A DNA stretch of 46,247 nucleotides from Dehalococcoidia bacterium. GTDB lineage: Bacteria; Chloroflexota; Dehalococcoidia; Dehalococcoidales; Fen-1064. A model generated the notes under the pieces. The model saw nothing but the letters and a program-made list of their open reading frames with translations, was not told where the DNA came from and searched no databases. Position 1 is the first letter of the stretch. Each line of letters begins with the position of its first letter. A program made the position numbers and the translations under genes. Positions 37,257 through 45,935 of the stretch are shown here, piece after piece. Where the stretch lies: assembly GCA_003162335.1 (NCBI GenBank), contig PMMG01000057.1:991-47237 (forward strand). Direction: 5' to 3'.

Positions 37257-38087
37257 CTAGTTTTGGTCGCCGATGTTACCCTCATCGTCGCCTTCATCTT
37301 CTTCGCCTTCCCCTTCGCCCTGCTCCCAGATCGGTTGGGTAAAATGCTCGATATATTCGCCCATGGCAATGGTCATGGCCTGTTTGATCTGCTCCGTCAT
37401 TTCGCGGGCATTTTCGGCCAGTTCTTTCGTCTCGATTTCAATGTCCAGTAACCGCATGAAAGTTTTCAGGATGGCCAGTGCGGCCATCGGATTTTCCATG
37501 CGGGAAGTCTGCGATGGCACTTCGGTCATCACGCACACACCGTTAAAATCCCTTTCTTTAGCCAGACCAAGGAGTAAACCGTTCAAACCGGCGATCTGAA
37601 TGCTGCCCTTTTGCAATAATTCGAATTTGCTCAATTCTTGCAGCAGCAATTTATTAGTGGCAACTGCCCAGACCTTGGGTTGTTCGGTAAAGTGGATATT
37701 GGTCATGGCAGCGGCACAAGTATACACCCGCTCCACGCCGTAATACTGTGCGAAATCCAGAACGCATCCGGCAAAATCATAGATCTTCACATCCGGCTGG
37801 TCATCCCCGACAAAAAGAATAATATCGTGAGCGCCTTTCTTATTTTTCCAGTAGTAGAAATGGCTCTGCGGGAATTGCGGCGTTTCGATAATATGATCTC
37901 TGGCCAGCACACCGATGGGATCGAAGAACAGGCTGGCATCGATTTCTGCCAGGTCTTTGAAATCGAGTTTGTCCAGCATGTAATTGGCCAGCAGCATCGC
38001 CACGTTGCCCACGCCCGGCCACGCAGCGATCATTACAGGCGCTTTGAGTTTTGGTTTGGCGGTTATTTTAATGAATTTTTTCATCAA
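37257..38087 (-). CDS. PAC2 (proteasome-assembly-chaperone-2-like) family protein with acidic C-terminal tail
   Basis: The N-terminus APVMIAAWPGVGNVAMLLANYMLDKL is typical of PAC2/COG2047 proteins. The tail is EQGEGEGEEDEGDDEGNIGDQN. Start is TTG 38087 or ATG 38084. Confidence 0.6.
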   Translation of the reverse strand: MMKKFIKITAKPKLKAPVMIAAWPGVGNVAMLLANYMLDKLDFKDLAEIDASLFFDPIGVLARDHIIETPQFPQSHFYYWKNKKGAHDIILFVGDDQPDVKIYDFAGCVLDFAQYYGVERVYTCAAAMTNIHFTEQPKVWAVATNKLLLQELSKFELLQKGSIQIAGLNGLLLGLAKERDFNGVCVMTEVPSQTSRMENPMAALAILKTFMRLLDIEIETKELAENAREMTEQIKQAMTIAMGEYIEHFTQPIWEQGEGEGEEDEGDDEGNIGDQN

Positions 38088-38198
38088 TTTTGACCTTGAC
38101 CGTATTCTCTACTCAAGGTTAATTCTAATACAATTTTGGAAATGGCGAAAGTGGCGATACTAAATATGGCAAATGGTTTGAATATTATGTTTACTATA

Positions 38199-39497
38199 CT
38201 ACCGGCACGCGACGGAGACATCGGCGCAACAGATGGACGGCGTGGACATGAAGCCGCTGACCCATTTGGCATCGCTGCCGATCGCCGCGATCTTTTTCAA
38301 AAGTTGATAAACATTGCCGGAGATCATCGTATCCTTGACCCTCCCGACAATTTCGCCTTTTTCGATTTTATAGCCGAGCAGAACATTGCCGCTGAAATCA
38401 CCACCGAGGCTATTCCCCTGCCCGGCTCCCAATAACTGCTCGACGATAATACCTTCATCAATATCTTTCACCATGGCCTCAAAGCTGACATTACCGGGTT
38501 TAACTACAAAGGCATGCGGTGAAGGACCCGGCAACCCGCCCTGCCGTTGACCGTTACCGGTGCTCTTTGTTTTTGCGCGGGAGGCAGTCTGTAAATCGTA
38601 TAAAAAGTTACTGACCACACCCCTACTGATCAGCGGCGTAATCTGGCAGGGAACAGCTTCGTCATCACAGGGACGGCTGTTCGTGTTAAAAGGAACCAGG
38701 GGATTATCGTCAATTGTCAGATTAGTATCAAAAACAATTTCGCCCAGTTTTTTACCAATGGGCGACGCGCCTTCCAGCACGATCTTGCCATTAAAAGCCG
38801 ATATCAACGGAAGAATTAGCGAACCGGGAACGCCGTCCGGGGAGAAAATTACGCTCATTGAACGGGAAGTCACTTTGGCCGTATTTCTGGCTAACTCCAA
38901 CTGGCGGATAGTTGTCTTGACTATTTCATCCGTTGTCAGTATCGGGTGACAGGAACTCTGGTGGTCGCCAACAAACAACATATCGGTGCCCCGGATGCGC
39001 TGCCCTTCGATCCCCAGGCCGAAGACACTCTGCCGGAAATTGGCCTGTCCGCCGCGTGAATTCATGATTGAGAGGGTGTATGTGCCCTTGGTCACGCCAC
39101 CTTCGCAGATCACCTCGGGGGAATATTGCGTCACTTTGGCAATCAATTCTTCACCCAGCTGCGTCATTTGTTCCAGACTGACTTTTTCCACTGCCGCATC
39201 AAAAACATCGACTCTAGGAAAAGTCTTCGCCGAAGGGAATTGGAATTCTGCTTTCGTGCCGAATTCTGCGGTGGCGACCGCATCGTCGACCAACTGCTGT
39301 CTATTTTCCAAACTGGTGCTGGTGGCATAGCCGGTCTTGCCGTTTTTAATAATACGGAGCGCTACGGTCTGACTCTGTTTATGCTGAATATTTTTCAACC
39401 GGTTAGATTCAAACTGCACCGGTGTTTCTTCGCTGGTAATCATGTAAACTTCGGCTTCTTCAGCCACTTTTTTGGCGAGAGCAAGGATTTTTTCCAA
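38199..39497 (-). CDS. pmbA: TldD/PmbA-family metallopeptidase subunit (PmbA-like)
   Basis: 432 aa with family-typical N- and C-terminal domains. TTG start lies directly after the tldD stop. No HExxxH, as expected for the PmbA partner. Confidence 0.8.
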   Translation of the reverse strand: MEKILALAKKVAEEAEVYMITSEETPVQFESNRLKNIQHKQSQTVALRIIKNGKTGYATSTSLENRQQLVDDAVATAEFGTKAEFQFPSAKTFPRVDVFDAAVEKVSLEQMTQLGEELIAKVTQYSPEVICEGGVTKGTYTLSIMNSRGGQANFRQSVFGLGIEGQRIRGTDMLFVGDHQSSCHPILTTDEIVKTTIRQLELARNTAKVTSRSMSVIFSPDGVPGSLILPLISAFNGKIVLEGASPIGKKLGEIVFDTNLTIDDNPLVPFNTNSRPCDDEAVPCQITPLISRGVVSNFLYDLQTASRAKTKSTGNGQRQGGLPGPSPHAFVVKPGNVSFEAMVKDIDEGIIVEQLLGAGQGNSLGGDFSGNVLLGYKIEKGEIVGRVKDTMISGNVYQLLKKIAAIGSDAKWVSGFMSTPSICCADVSVACR

Positions 39498-40874
39498 CTA
39501 CTTACCTCCCACCAGACATTGACGGATTCGGATGTGCGGGCTGCCGTTACTAACCGGCAACGGCGATTGACCGCCTTTGCCGCAACCGCCGCCTTCATTC
39601 ATATCCAGGTCATCACCAATGGCGTCGATATTCATCAAAGTGTTAAAAACATTACCGCTGAGCATTACCGGCCGCACCATTTCGGCGATTTTACCGTTGC
39701 GGATGCGGTATGTTTCCCCGGAGGAGAATGTGAACATCTCCATGCTGGTCTGACCGCCGTACCAGTTCTTGGCATAAACACCTTCTTTGATATCGGCGAT
39801 CATATCTTCGAAAGAACATTCTCCCGGCTGGATATAGGTGTTGGTCATGCGCACGATCGGAGGATGCCGGTAATTAATGGCGCGGGCATTGCCGGTGGGT
39901 TTCTCACCCATTTTCGCAGCGGTTTCGCGGGAATGCAGCCGTCCGGTCAACTTACCTTCTCTGATAAGGTAGGTCTTCGTGGAACGTGTGCCTTCATCAT
40001 CATACTTAAAACTGCCGCGCAATCCGGGTTTCGATGCGGAATCGATGATATTTAAATGCGGCTGGCCGAAAACCTTGCCGAGCGTCATGATCTCTTTCAA
40101 CTGCGCATTTTCATAAACAAAATCTGATTCGGAAAGATGTCCGAAAGCCTCGTGCACAAACACACCGGCCAGGATCGGATCGAGGACGACCGTGTATTGC
40201 CCGCCCGTAATGGTAGGGACAGTCAACATTTCTACGGCACGCTGCGCCAGCTTTTTGATTTCCTTGTGCAGTTTGCGGACCGGGCGGAAGTCATCCCGAC
40301 TGCCTTCGCTGAGGCCAGCCTGCTGAACTTCACCGTCTTTGGCAGCCACGGCAACAGCGCGGATGGTGACATCGGCTCTTTCCTGGGTAATAAAACTACC
40401 GGTGGAATTCAGAAAAAGAGTCTTGCGATTAGCATCACCGTAGCCAAGATTTGAGGTCTGGATGCCGGAAGTGCTCCAGATGGCATCATTGTATTCATCC
40501 AGTAATGCTTTCTTTTCGGAAAGCGGGATAAGCGCCGGATTTTCTTTGATTTTCGCGACGACGTCCTCAACGATCGGCTTGGATGCATAGAACTGGCTGG
40601 TTTCTTTACCGACAAAACGTGCCTGCTTGACCGCTAATTCCACTTTATTTTGAAGGTCATCCAAATCGTTGAAACTGACAAAACCCCAGCCACCTTTGAC
40701 AAGCGCGCGGACGTTGCCCCCGATTGAGGTGGTCTTACTGATGGATTCAAGTTGTTTGCCGCGATAAGAAATGGCGCTGAATTGGCTTTCTTCCAGGTGA
40801 GCTTCGATATAATCGGCGTTTTGCTTCTTGAGAAATGCAGCCAACTGTTGTCCGACGTTCTTTAAATCTGTCAT
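39498..40874 (-). CDS. tldD: TldD metallopeptidase
   Basis: 458 aa with the zinc motif HEAFGHLSE. Confidence 0.85.
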   Translation of the reverse strand: MTDLKNVGQQLAAFLKKQNADYIEAHLEESQFSAISYRGKQLESISKTTSIGGNVRALVKGGWGFVSFNDLDDLQNKVELAVKQARFVGKETSQFYASKPIVEDVVAKIKENPALIPLSEKKALLDEYNDAIWSTSGIQTSNLGYGDANRKTLFLNSTGSFITQERADVTIRAVAVAAKDGEVQQAGLSEGSRDDFRPVRKLHKEIKKLAQRAVEMLTVPTITGGQYTVVLDPILAGVFVHEAFGHLSESDFVYENAQLKEIMTLGKVFGQPHLNIIDSASKPGLRGSFKYDDEGTRSTKTYLIREGKLTGRLHSRETAAKMGEKPTGNARAINYRHPPIVRMTNTYIQPGECSFEDMIADIKEGVYAKNWYGGQTSMEMFTFSSGETYRIRNGKIAEMVRPVMLSGNVFNTLMNIDAIGDDLDMNEGGGCGKGGQSPLPVSNGSPHIRIRQCLVGGK

Positions 40875-41044
40875 AAGTAATTTTTAGTTTACCTTTCACA
40901 GCTCAAGTTGTCAAACAGGAGAAGAGAATGTTGATGAGGGGTTATTATAAGTTTAAACCTCAAGAAGGCCATTCGCTGCGCTCAGGGCAATAATTGTTCT
41001 TTTCGCCGATTCCGGCTTTCGCCAGAATGGATTGCCAACGATAT

Positions 41045-42088
41045 CTATATCAAATGAACTGATGAGGGTAAAAAGCTGATATAAACAGGGCTGCCGGTAT
41101 TGATTACCATATGCTCGAATTGCTGCCGCGGCAGCAAACATTCGAACTGCGGGGAGCAATCAACGGTAACCAGGATATTGGCGCCTTTATCTACGATTGT
41201 CTTAACGCTGCCCGGAAATGAATTGGAAATTAATATTGGTTTTTCCGCGGTCAGCTGCAGCATTTCAGGACGGATCACCGCGAATCCGGCTTTCGTGTTA
41301 TCCGATGAAGCAAATATCTCGATGGCGTCACACCTAAACACACTGCTTTTAGTGTCCCGTCCAATAACTTTCCCGCTAAAAATATTCCGTGCCATGGTGA
41401 AACGGGCTACGAATTCAGAGGACGGATGATAGAAAATCTCCGCGGGCGGGCCGACCTGCGCGATCTTCCCCTGATTGATCACCACAATGGTATCCGCCAG
41501 CGACATGGCCTCTTCAAAATCGTGGGTAACATGCAGTGTAGTAATATTGAGCTTATCGTGAATCGTTTTTAATTGAGAACGCATCTCTTCGCGGCTTTCC
41601 GCGTCAAGTGCGCTTAAAGGCTCGTCCAGTAATAATATATGCGGTCTGGTGATCAAAGCACGGGCTAGGGCGACTTTCTGGCGTTCCCCTCCGGATAGCG
41701 ACGCGGGTAACCTGTTTAACAAGGGTTGGATTTCGAACAAACCGGAGATCCAGTGCAGCGCTTCGTCAATTTGCGGCTTCGCTGTGTGTCTGACGCGTAA
41801 ACCAAATATAATATTTTCTTTGACCGTAAGATGAGGGAACAGGGAATAGTCCTGATATACGATACTGACTCCGCGCGCTTCCGGCGCAGTACCGGTGACA
41901 TCTTTACCGTCGAGGATAATCTCGCCATGACTAAGGGCATGCAGACCGGCAATCGATTCCAGTAAAACAGTTTTTCCCGCACCGGTTGGACCGAGTATAA
42001 CAGTATACTCGCCTTTGGAAACCACCAGATCGACCTGTTCCAAAAGGAAATCAGCTACTTTGACATGCAGGTTTTTTAACTCAATCAT
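41045..42088 (-). CDS. ABC transporter ATP-binding protein with C-terminal TOBE domain (molybdate/tungstate type)
   Basis: Walker A GPTGAGKT, signature LSGGERQ, Walker B LLLDEP, and a C-terminal beta-rich TOBE-like segment of about 110 aa. ATG 42088 overlaps the permease stop by 8 nt. Confidence 0.85.
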   Translation of the reverse strand: MIELKNLHVKVADFLLEQVDLVVSKGEYTVILGPTGAGKTVLLESIAGLHALSHGEIILDGKDVTGTAPEARGVSIVYQDYSLFPHLTVKENIIFGLRVRHTAKPQIDEALHWISGLFEIQPLLNRLPASLSGGERQKVALARALITRPHILLLDEPLSALDAESREEMRSQLKTIHDKLNITTLHVTHDFEEAMSLADTIVVINQGKIAQVGPPAEIFYHPSSEFVARFTMARNIFSGKVIGRDTKSSVFRCDAIEIFASSDNTKAGFAVIRPEMLQLTAEKPILISNSFPGSVKTIVDKGANILVTVDCSPQFECLLPRQQFEHMVINTGSPVYISFLPSSVHLI

Positions 42089-42905
42089 GTTTTCTATCCC
42101 GCTGTAAGACAAACCGGAAACCGATAAAAATGAACGCACAGATGATCACCAGAATAGCTGCGACTGGAACCGACTGCGTCAGCCCGTAAGTCGCAAATCG
42201 TTCGTAGATTAATGTGGACGTGACCATAGGATAATAGGTCAGAATAACCACTGCCCCGAATTCGCTGATACCGCGCGCCCACATCATCAGCGTACCTGCC
42301 AGGATACTGCGCCAGGCGAGCGGAAACGTAACGCGGTAAAATACCTGCCACGGTGAAGCTCCCAGTGTACGCGCCACGTTCTCCAGCCGCACATCGATCT
42401 TACGGAAACCGTCTTTGGCAGAGTTGATCAGAAACGGCACGCTGACAAATAGCATGGCGATTACGATACCCGCTAACGAATCGACAAAAGAAATACCAAT
42501 CGCATTAAACCATTTCCCCAATAAAAAATTCCGTCCGAAGACAAAAAGCAGCGCAATACCGGCAGCAGTATGCGGCACAACAATGGGCAAATCAATGAGA
42601 CCTTCAACGACACCCTTTAAGGGGAAATTATTGCGCGCCAGCAGGTAAGCCAGCGGCACTCCCAGCAGAAACCCGATCGCAGCGGTGATCAGAGCGGCAT
42701 ACAGGGTGAGTAAAATTGATTGCATAACGGAGGGATCAAGCAGGGCTTGCCACAATTCGCTTTTATCTGAAAACAAGATCAGCTTGGCCAGTGGAATAAA
42801 TATAAACAACACGATCAACAGGCTGAGGATACTGAAAACAGCCAGCAAACGGTGGCGGCCTAACCAACTGCATACGGAGTGTATGATTTTTGAGATAACT
42901 GCCAA
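42081..42905 (-). CDS. ABC transporter permease (ModB/WtpB-like)
   Basis: 274 aa with 5-6 TMS. The EAA-type loop reads ENVARTLGASPWQVFYRVTFPLA. TTG start with AGGAGA RBS. Confidence 0.85.
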   Translation of the reverse strand: MAVISKIIHSVCSWLGRHRLLAVFSILSLLIVLFIFIPLAKLILFSDKSELWQALLDPSVMQSILLTLYAALITAAIGFLLGVPLAYLLARNNFPLKGVVEGLIDLPIVVPHTAAGIALLFVFGRNFLLGKWFNAIGISFVDSLAGIVIAMLFVSVPFLINSAKDGFRKIDVRLENVARTLGASPWQVFYRVTFPLAWRSILAGTLMMWARGISEFGAVVILTYYPMVTSTLIYERFATYGLTQSVPVAAILVIICAFIFIGFRFVLQRDRKHD

Positions 42906-42914
42906 CCTTTTCTC

Positions 42915-43991
42915 CTAACGAAACAATGGTTTGAGAGAAGCAGGAAGTGCATTAATGTTATCACATCGAGGAGGTACCAATTCAGGCTGATTAGCATTCT
43001 GAAAAATACTTTGACCTTCGGCGCTCAGAACAAATTGAATGAATTTTTCCGCGGCGCCCGGATTTTTAGAATTATTGGCAATGGTCATGCCGTAGATAAT
43101 TGGTAATCCCTGGAATACAGGATTTACCGTTTTAAAACGCTGATAATCCGCTTTGACAACCACTTTGCCATAGTTTTGCGCTAAATTAGCATCAGACAGG
43201 TTGATTTCCGGTGGCAATTCCAGATATTGCAATCCATCCTGAATGACGGTACTTTTATAATCGATAGTATAATCAATATCCCCCGATTGAAGTAACGCAA
43301 GCAGTTCCATATGAGCGCCGCGCAGCACCATATGGGGGTCGGTTGGTTCTAATAATTCCGGGATATGGATAGTTGATGTGCCGTTAATATCGTTAGAAGT
43401 GATGGGCATGGAAAAATACTTGCCGATTGTATTATCCATGATATTACCGGTATGGTAATAAGATTCGGCGAGTTTCAATGCCATCAGGTTCCGATAACCA
43501 ACAGCATCCATGCGGGGGTCGGCGAATCCGAAGCGGACATCCGGGCGAGCGATTATCTGATACCAGTTACCGGCATTAAGTTCAGAGGCATATTTACTTT
43601 TGGAAGTGTACGCCAGTACCAGCTGATTAGTTGCCGGCATAATATCCCAACTGGCATAGGGTTTGCCGTCCGGCATTTTGGTCTGATACATCAACATCGG
43701 TATCAGCGAATAATCAGCCACCGCAACCACGTCCACATCCTGGCCGAGTTCCGTGACCTGCCGGATTACCTGAATACTACCGTGAGCCTGCATCTCCACT
43801 TGAATATCGGGGTTAGCCTGTTCAAATTCCTTTTTAACCTGGGAAAAAGGGACCATTAAACTGTCGGCTTCAAACACGACCAGCTTTGTTTTTCCGGTAC
43901 CGGTAACTCCGGAGGAAGGTGAAGAGTTGGTGCATGCCGCCATTCCGGTCAATAAACTCGCGAGCAGGCAAATCAGCACCAGTCTCTTCAC
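42915..43991 (-). CDS. Tungstate/molybdate-type periplasmic binding lipoprotein (long, WtpA-like)
   Basis: 358 aa with a GTG start and lipobox LLTGMAAC. The size and the VFEADSL...HGS... layout resemble WtpA rather than the short ModA or TupA. It forms an operon with the permease and TOBE ATPase. Confidence 0.65.
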   Translation of the reverse strand: MKRLVLICLLASLLTGMAACTNSSPSSGVTGTGKTKLVVFEADSLMVPFSQVKKEFEQANPDIQVEMQAHGSIQVIRQVTELGQDVDVVAVADYSLIPMLMYQTKMPDGKPYASWDIMPATNQLVLAYTSKSKYASELNAGNWYQIIARPDVRFGFADPRMDAVGYRNLMALKLAESYYHTGNIMDNTIGKYFSMPITSNDINGTSTIHIPELLEPTDPHMVLRGAHMELLALLQSGDIDYTIDYKSTVIQDGLQYLELPPEINLSDANLAQNYGKVVVKADYQRFKTVNPVFQGLPIIYGMTIANNSKNPGAAEKFIQFVLSAEGQSIFQNANQPELVPPRCDNINALPASLKPLFR

Positions 43992-44035
43992 GTTTTTTCT
44001 TCTTCTCTCGTAACTGTTTTTATCGAGTATGTTAA

Positions 44036-44641
44036 TTAAGGTGCGGCAACGACATCGATCTTACTTAATAACTTTGCCCATATACTACCGTCAGAAACCA
44101 GGCTCTCACTGGAAAGGAGACCTACTTCGAGGGGACCGGTAGAACTGTCCAGGGCAGCGCCATTGGCAAAATAGACTATAGCTAATGTAGGCTTCGCGGT
44201 GGGCGTGGCAGGATTTCCGGACGCATCGTACATAGTAAAACCGCCGCTGGTGATCTGGTCGTAAGAAACTGTGGAAGTGTAGCCATCTGTGCCCGTGAAT
44301 TTGACGATCTGACCACTGGCAACGCCGCCGACAGCATTCAATAAGTCGATCAGAGCAACGCCTTTATAGGGAATAGGGCCGGTAACAACACCCTTCTTGT
44401 TCTTGGTACCGCCGTTGCCGGTAACTGATTTCATTGCCTGTAAATCAGCCATTGAATAGGACTTTGTCTTGCTGCCGCTGGTAACCGTCAGGACAACCGG
44501 TCCGGCCGGAGTTTGGGCTACCGTCGTGGTAGTAGTGGTGGTAGTGGTGGTTGTATCGGTGGTGGTTGAACTGCAGGATGACATGATGATCATCGCTGCC
44601 AGCAACACGCCAAGACCTAACCATGTTACAAGTTTTTTCAA
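44036..44641 (-). CDS. Lipoprotein with poly-Thr linker and one Cys-less sulfite-oxidase/YedY-fold-like domain (function unknown)
   Basis: TTG start with GGAGG RBS. Lipobox MSSC, then a run of 11 Thr. The domain signature is GPIPYKGVALIDLL...TDGY...LAIVYFANGAALDSSTGPLEVG...SIWAKLLSKIDV. Confidence 0.6.
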   Translation of the reverse strand: MKKLVTWLGLGVLLAAMIIMSSCSSTTTDTTTTTTTTTTTVAQTPAGPVVLTVTSGSKTKSYSMADLQAMKSVTGNGGTKNKKGVVTGPIPYKGVALIDLLNAVGGVASGQIVKFTGTDGYTSTVSYDQITSGGFTMYDASGNPATPTAKPTLAIVYFANGAALDSSTGPLEVGLLSSESLVSDGSIWAKLLSKIDVVAAP

Positions 44642-44685
44642 TTTATTCCTCCATTTTATTATTTACATTTATTTTTATTTGTTGC

Positions 44686-45711
44686 TTATTTAGTCGTGGC
44701 GGTAGTAATGGTCGGAAAGACCAGCTTGATTTTATTGATCATGCCGATCTGGTGCTGGGCATCAACAGCGCTGCCGACGAGCGCCAGCGGCCATTGAGTG
44801 CTCGGCAGGGGGTTGCCGTCAATCTCGTATGCCAGGATGATGTTATCATTTCGTTTTACCTGCTGCGAAGTAAGCGAAATCATGTCCCCGTTAGAGTTTG
44901 CAACATGTACTTCATAACCGGCATCGGCGGCGGCATTGCTGTAGGACATGTCTCCGTTTGCATCGTCTACATTACCGACCAGGTACCAGAGCGGGATGCC
45001 CAGGTAAACATGCCCCTGCGCATCTGTCCAGGTTTTGCCGTGACATCCCGGCGCGGCGCCCGATTCAAATGTCGATTTATCCATGCTTTGTGTTATTGCT
45101 CCCTGCAGACTGATCGTCCAGGACGCCTGCATGGTAATTACTTCTACTTTCTGCGCCCATTTTATCCACCAGTGACCGTCAGTGACCTGGCCGGGCGCCA
45201 TAATGCCGATACGTAAAGGACCGATTGAATCATCGATCGGGTTACCGTCTTTTTCGTAAGCAATAAAAACGGTGATCGGACCGGCAGAGTTAACTTCTTT
45301 GCCTGTAGTGCTATCATAAGTGGGGAACTCAGCGCCTTTAACAACCTGGTTGTATGACATCGTCATCGAATAGCCGTCTTTCGCGGAGATTCGCACTGCG
45401 TTATTTGAGGTCATGCCCCCAACTGATTTGAGAATATCGGTGAGCGCTACGCCTTTGTAAGCGTAAGGGCCTTCGATCGTGCCGCTGCTGGTAATATCGC
45501 CGGTTGAACCGGAAAGCACGGGCAACGCTTTAATGTCAGCCAGACTTAAAGTTTTTGTCTGGGAACCGCTAACAACTGTCAGTGACGCTGCTTTTGCCGT
45601 GGGAGAAACGGTGACGGTCTTGGTGACACATCCCGTTAACAATGATGCCGTTAGCGCCAGAACCAGACCGAGACCGACGAGCGGTGGTAATAGTCTAAAC
45701 GATCTTTTCAT
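44686..45711 (-). CDS. Two-domain paralogue of the preceding lipoprotein (function unknown)
   Basis: ATG 45711 (AAGGGAG RBS) gives MKRSFRLLPPLVGLGLVLALTASLLTGC (lipobox). Domain 1 is clearly homologous to the 201-aa protein (GPYAYKGVALTDIL...KDGY...FIAYEKDGNPIDDSIGPLRIG...HWWIKWAQKVEV). Domain 2 shows the same fold pattern. The track's extra 42 N-terminal residues translate the leader RNA. Confidence 0.65.
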   Translation of the reverse strand: MKRSFRLLPPLVGLGLVLALTASLLTGCVTKTVTVSPTAKAASLTVVSGSQTKTLSLADIKALPVLSGSTGDITSSGTIEGPYAYKGVALTDILKSVGGMTSNNAVRISAKDGYSMTMSYNQVVKGAEFPTYDSTTGKEVNSAGPITVFIAYEKDGNPIDDSIGPLRIGIMAPGQVTDGHWWIKWAQKVEVITMQASWTISLQGAITQSMDKSTFESGAAPGCHGKTWTDAQGHVYLGIPLWYLVGNVDDANGDMSYSNAAADAGYEVHVANSNGDMISLTSQQVKRNDNIILAYEIDGNPLPSTQWPLALVGSAVDAQHQIGMINKIKLVFPTITTATTK

Positions 45712-45746
45712 ATGCTTACACTCCCTTCTATGTATAAAAACACGAT

Positions 45747-45774
45747 AAAAAAAGCGCCCCCGAAAGGAGGCGCC
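45747..45774 (-). terminator. Intrinsic terminator (expression platform) in the operon leader
   Basis: Minus-strand RNA is GCGCCUCC-UUUC-GGGGGCGC followed by U7. It lies 36 nt upstream of ATG 45711. Confidence 0.75.
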
Positions 45775-45779
45775 AAACA

Positions 45780-45925
45780 GCAAGATATGCCTGAACCGTC
45801 TCTCCTTTCCAAACACGGGAGGCGCAGGCGTTTTCACCTGTGCCCTCGGGACTTATTCAGTCCGGCGGTTGACATTCCGTAGCCAACGGCATTAGGAATG
45901 ACAACTCGAAGAGCTTTTTAAATGA
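45780..45925 (-). promoter_or_regulatory. Candidate Moco/Tuco (molybdenum/tungsten cofactor) riboswitch
   Basis: Minus-strand RNA contains ...GUCCCGAGGGCACAGGUGAAAACGCCUGCGCCUCCCGUGUUUGGAAAGGAGAGAC.... The CCGAG, GCCUCCC and GGAAAGGAG blocks are those I recall as the conserved core of the Moco RNA motif. It sits between a consensus promoter and a terminator, upstream of a tungstate/molybdate uptake operon. Confidence 0.55.
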
Positions 45926-45935
45926 CTCGTTCTTG

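Noticed and set aside
39126-40055. A 309-aa ORF on the + strand.
   Set aside because: It is entirely antisense to the pmbA/tldD genes, which have clear family motifs. Its sequence is low-complexity (F/H/R-rich) and it has no RBS. It is a shadow ORF.
45712-45837. The 42-residue N-terminal extension of the 383-aa ORF in the supplied track.
   Set aside because: It translates the terminator and riboswitch-like leader. The true start is ATG 45711, which has an AAGGGAG RBS and is immediately followed by a signal peptide and lipobox.
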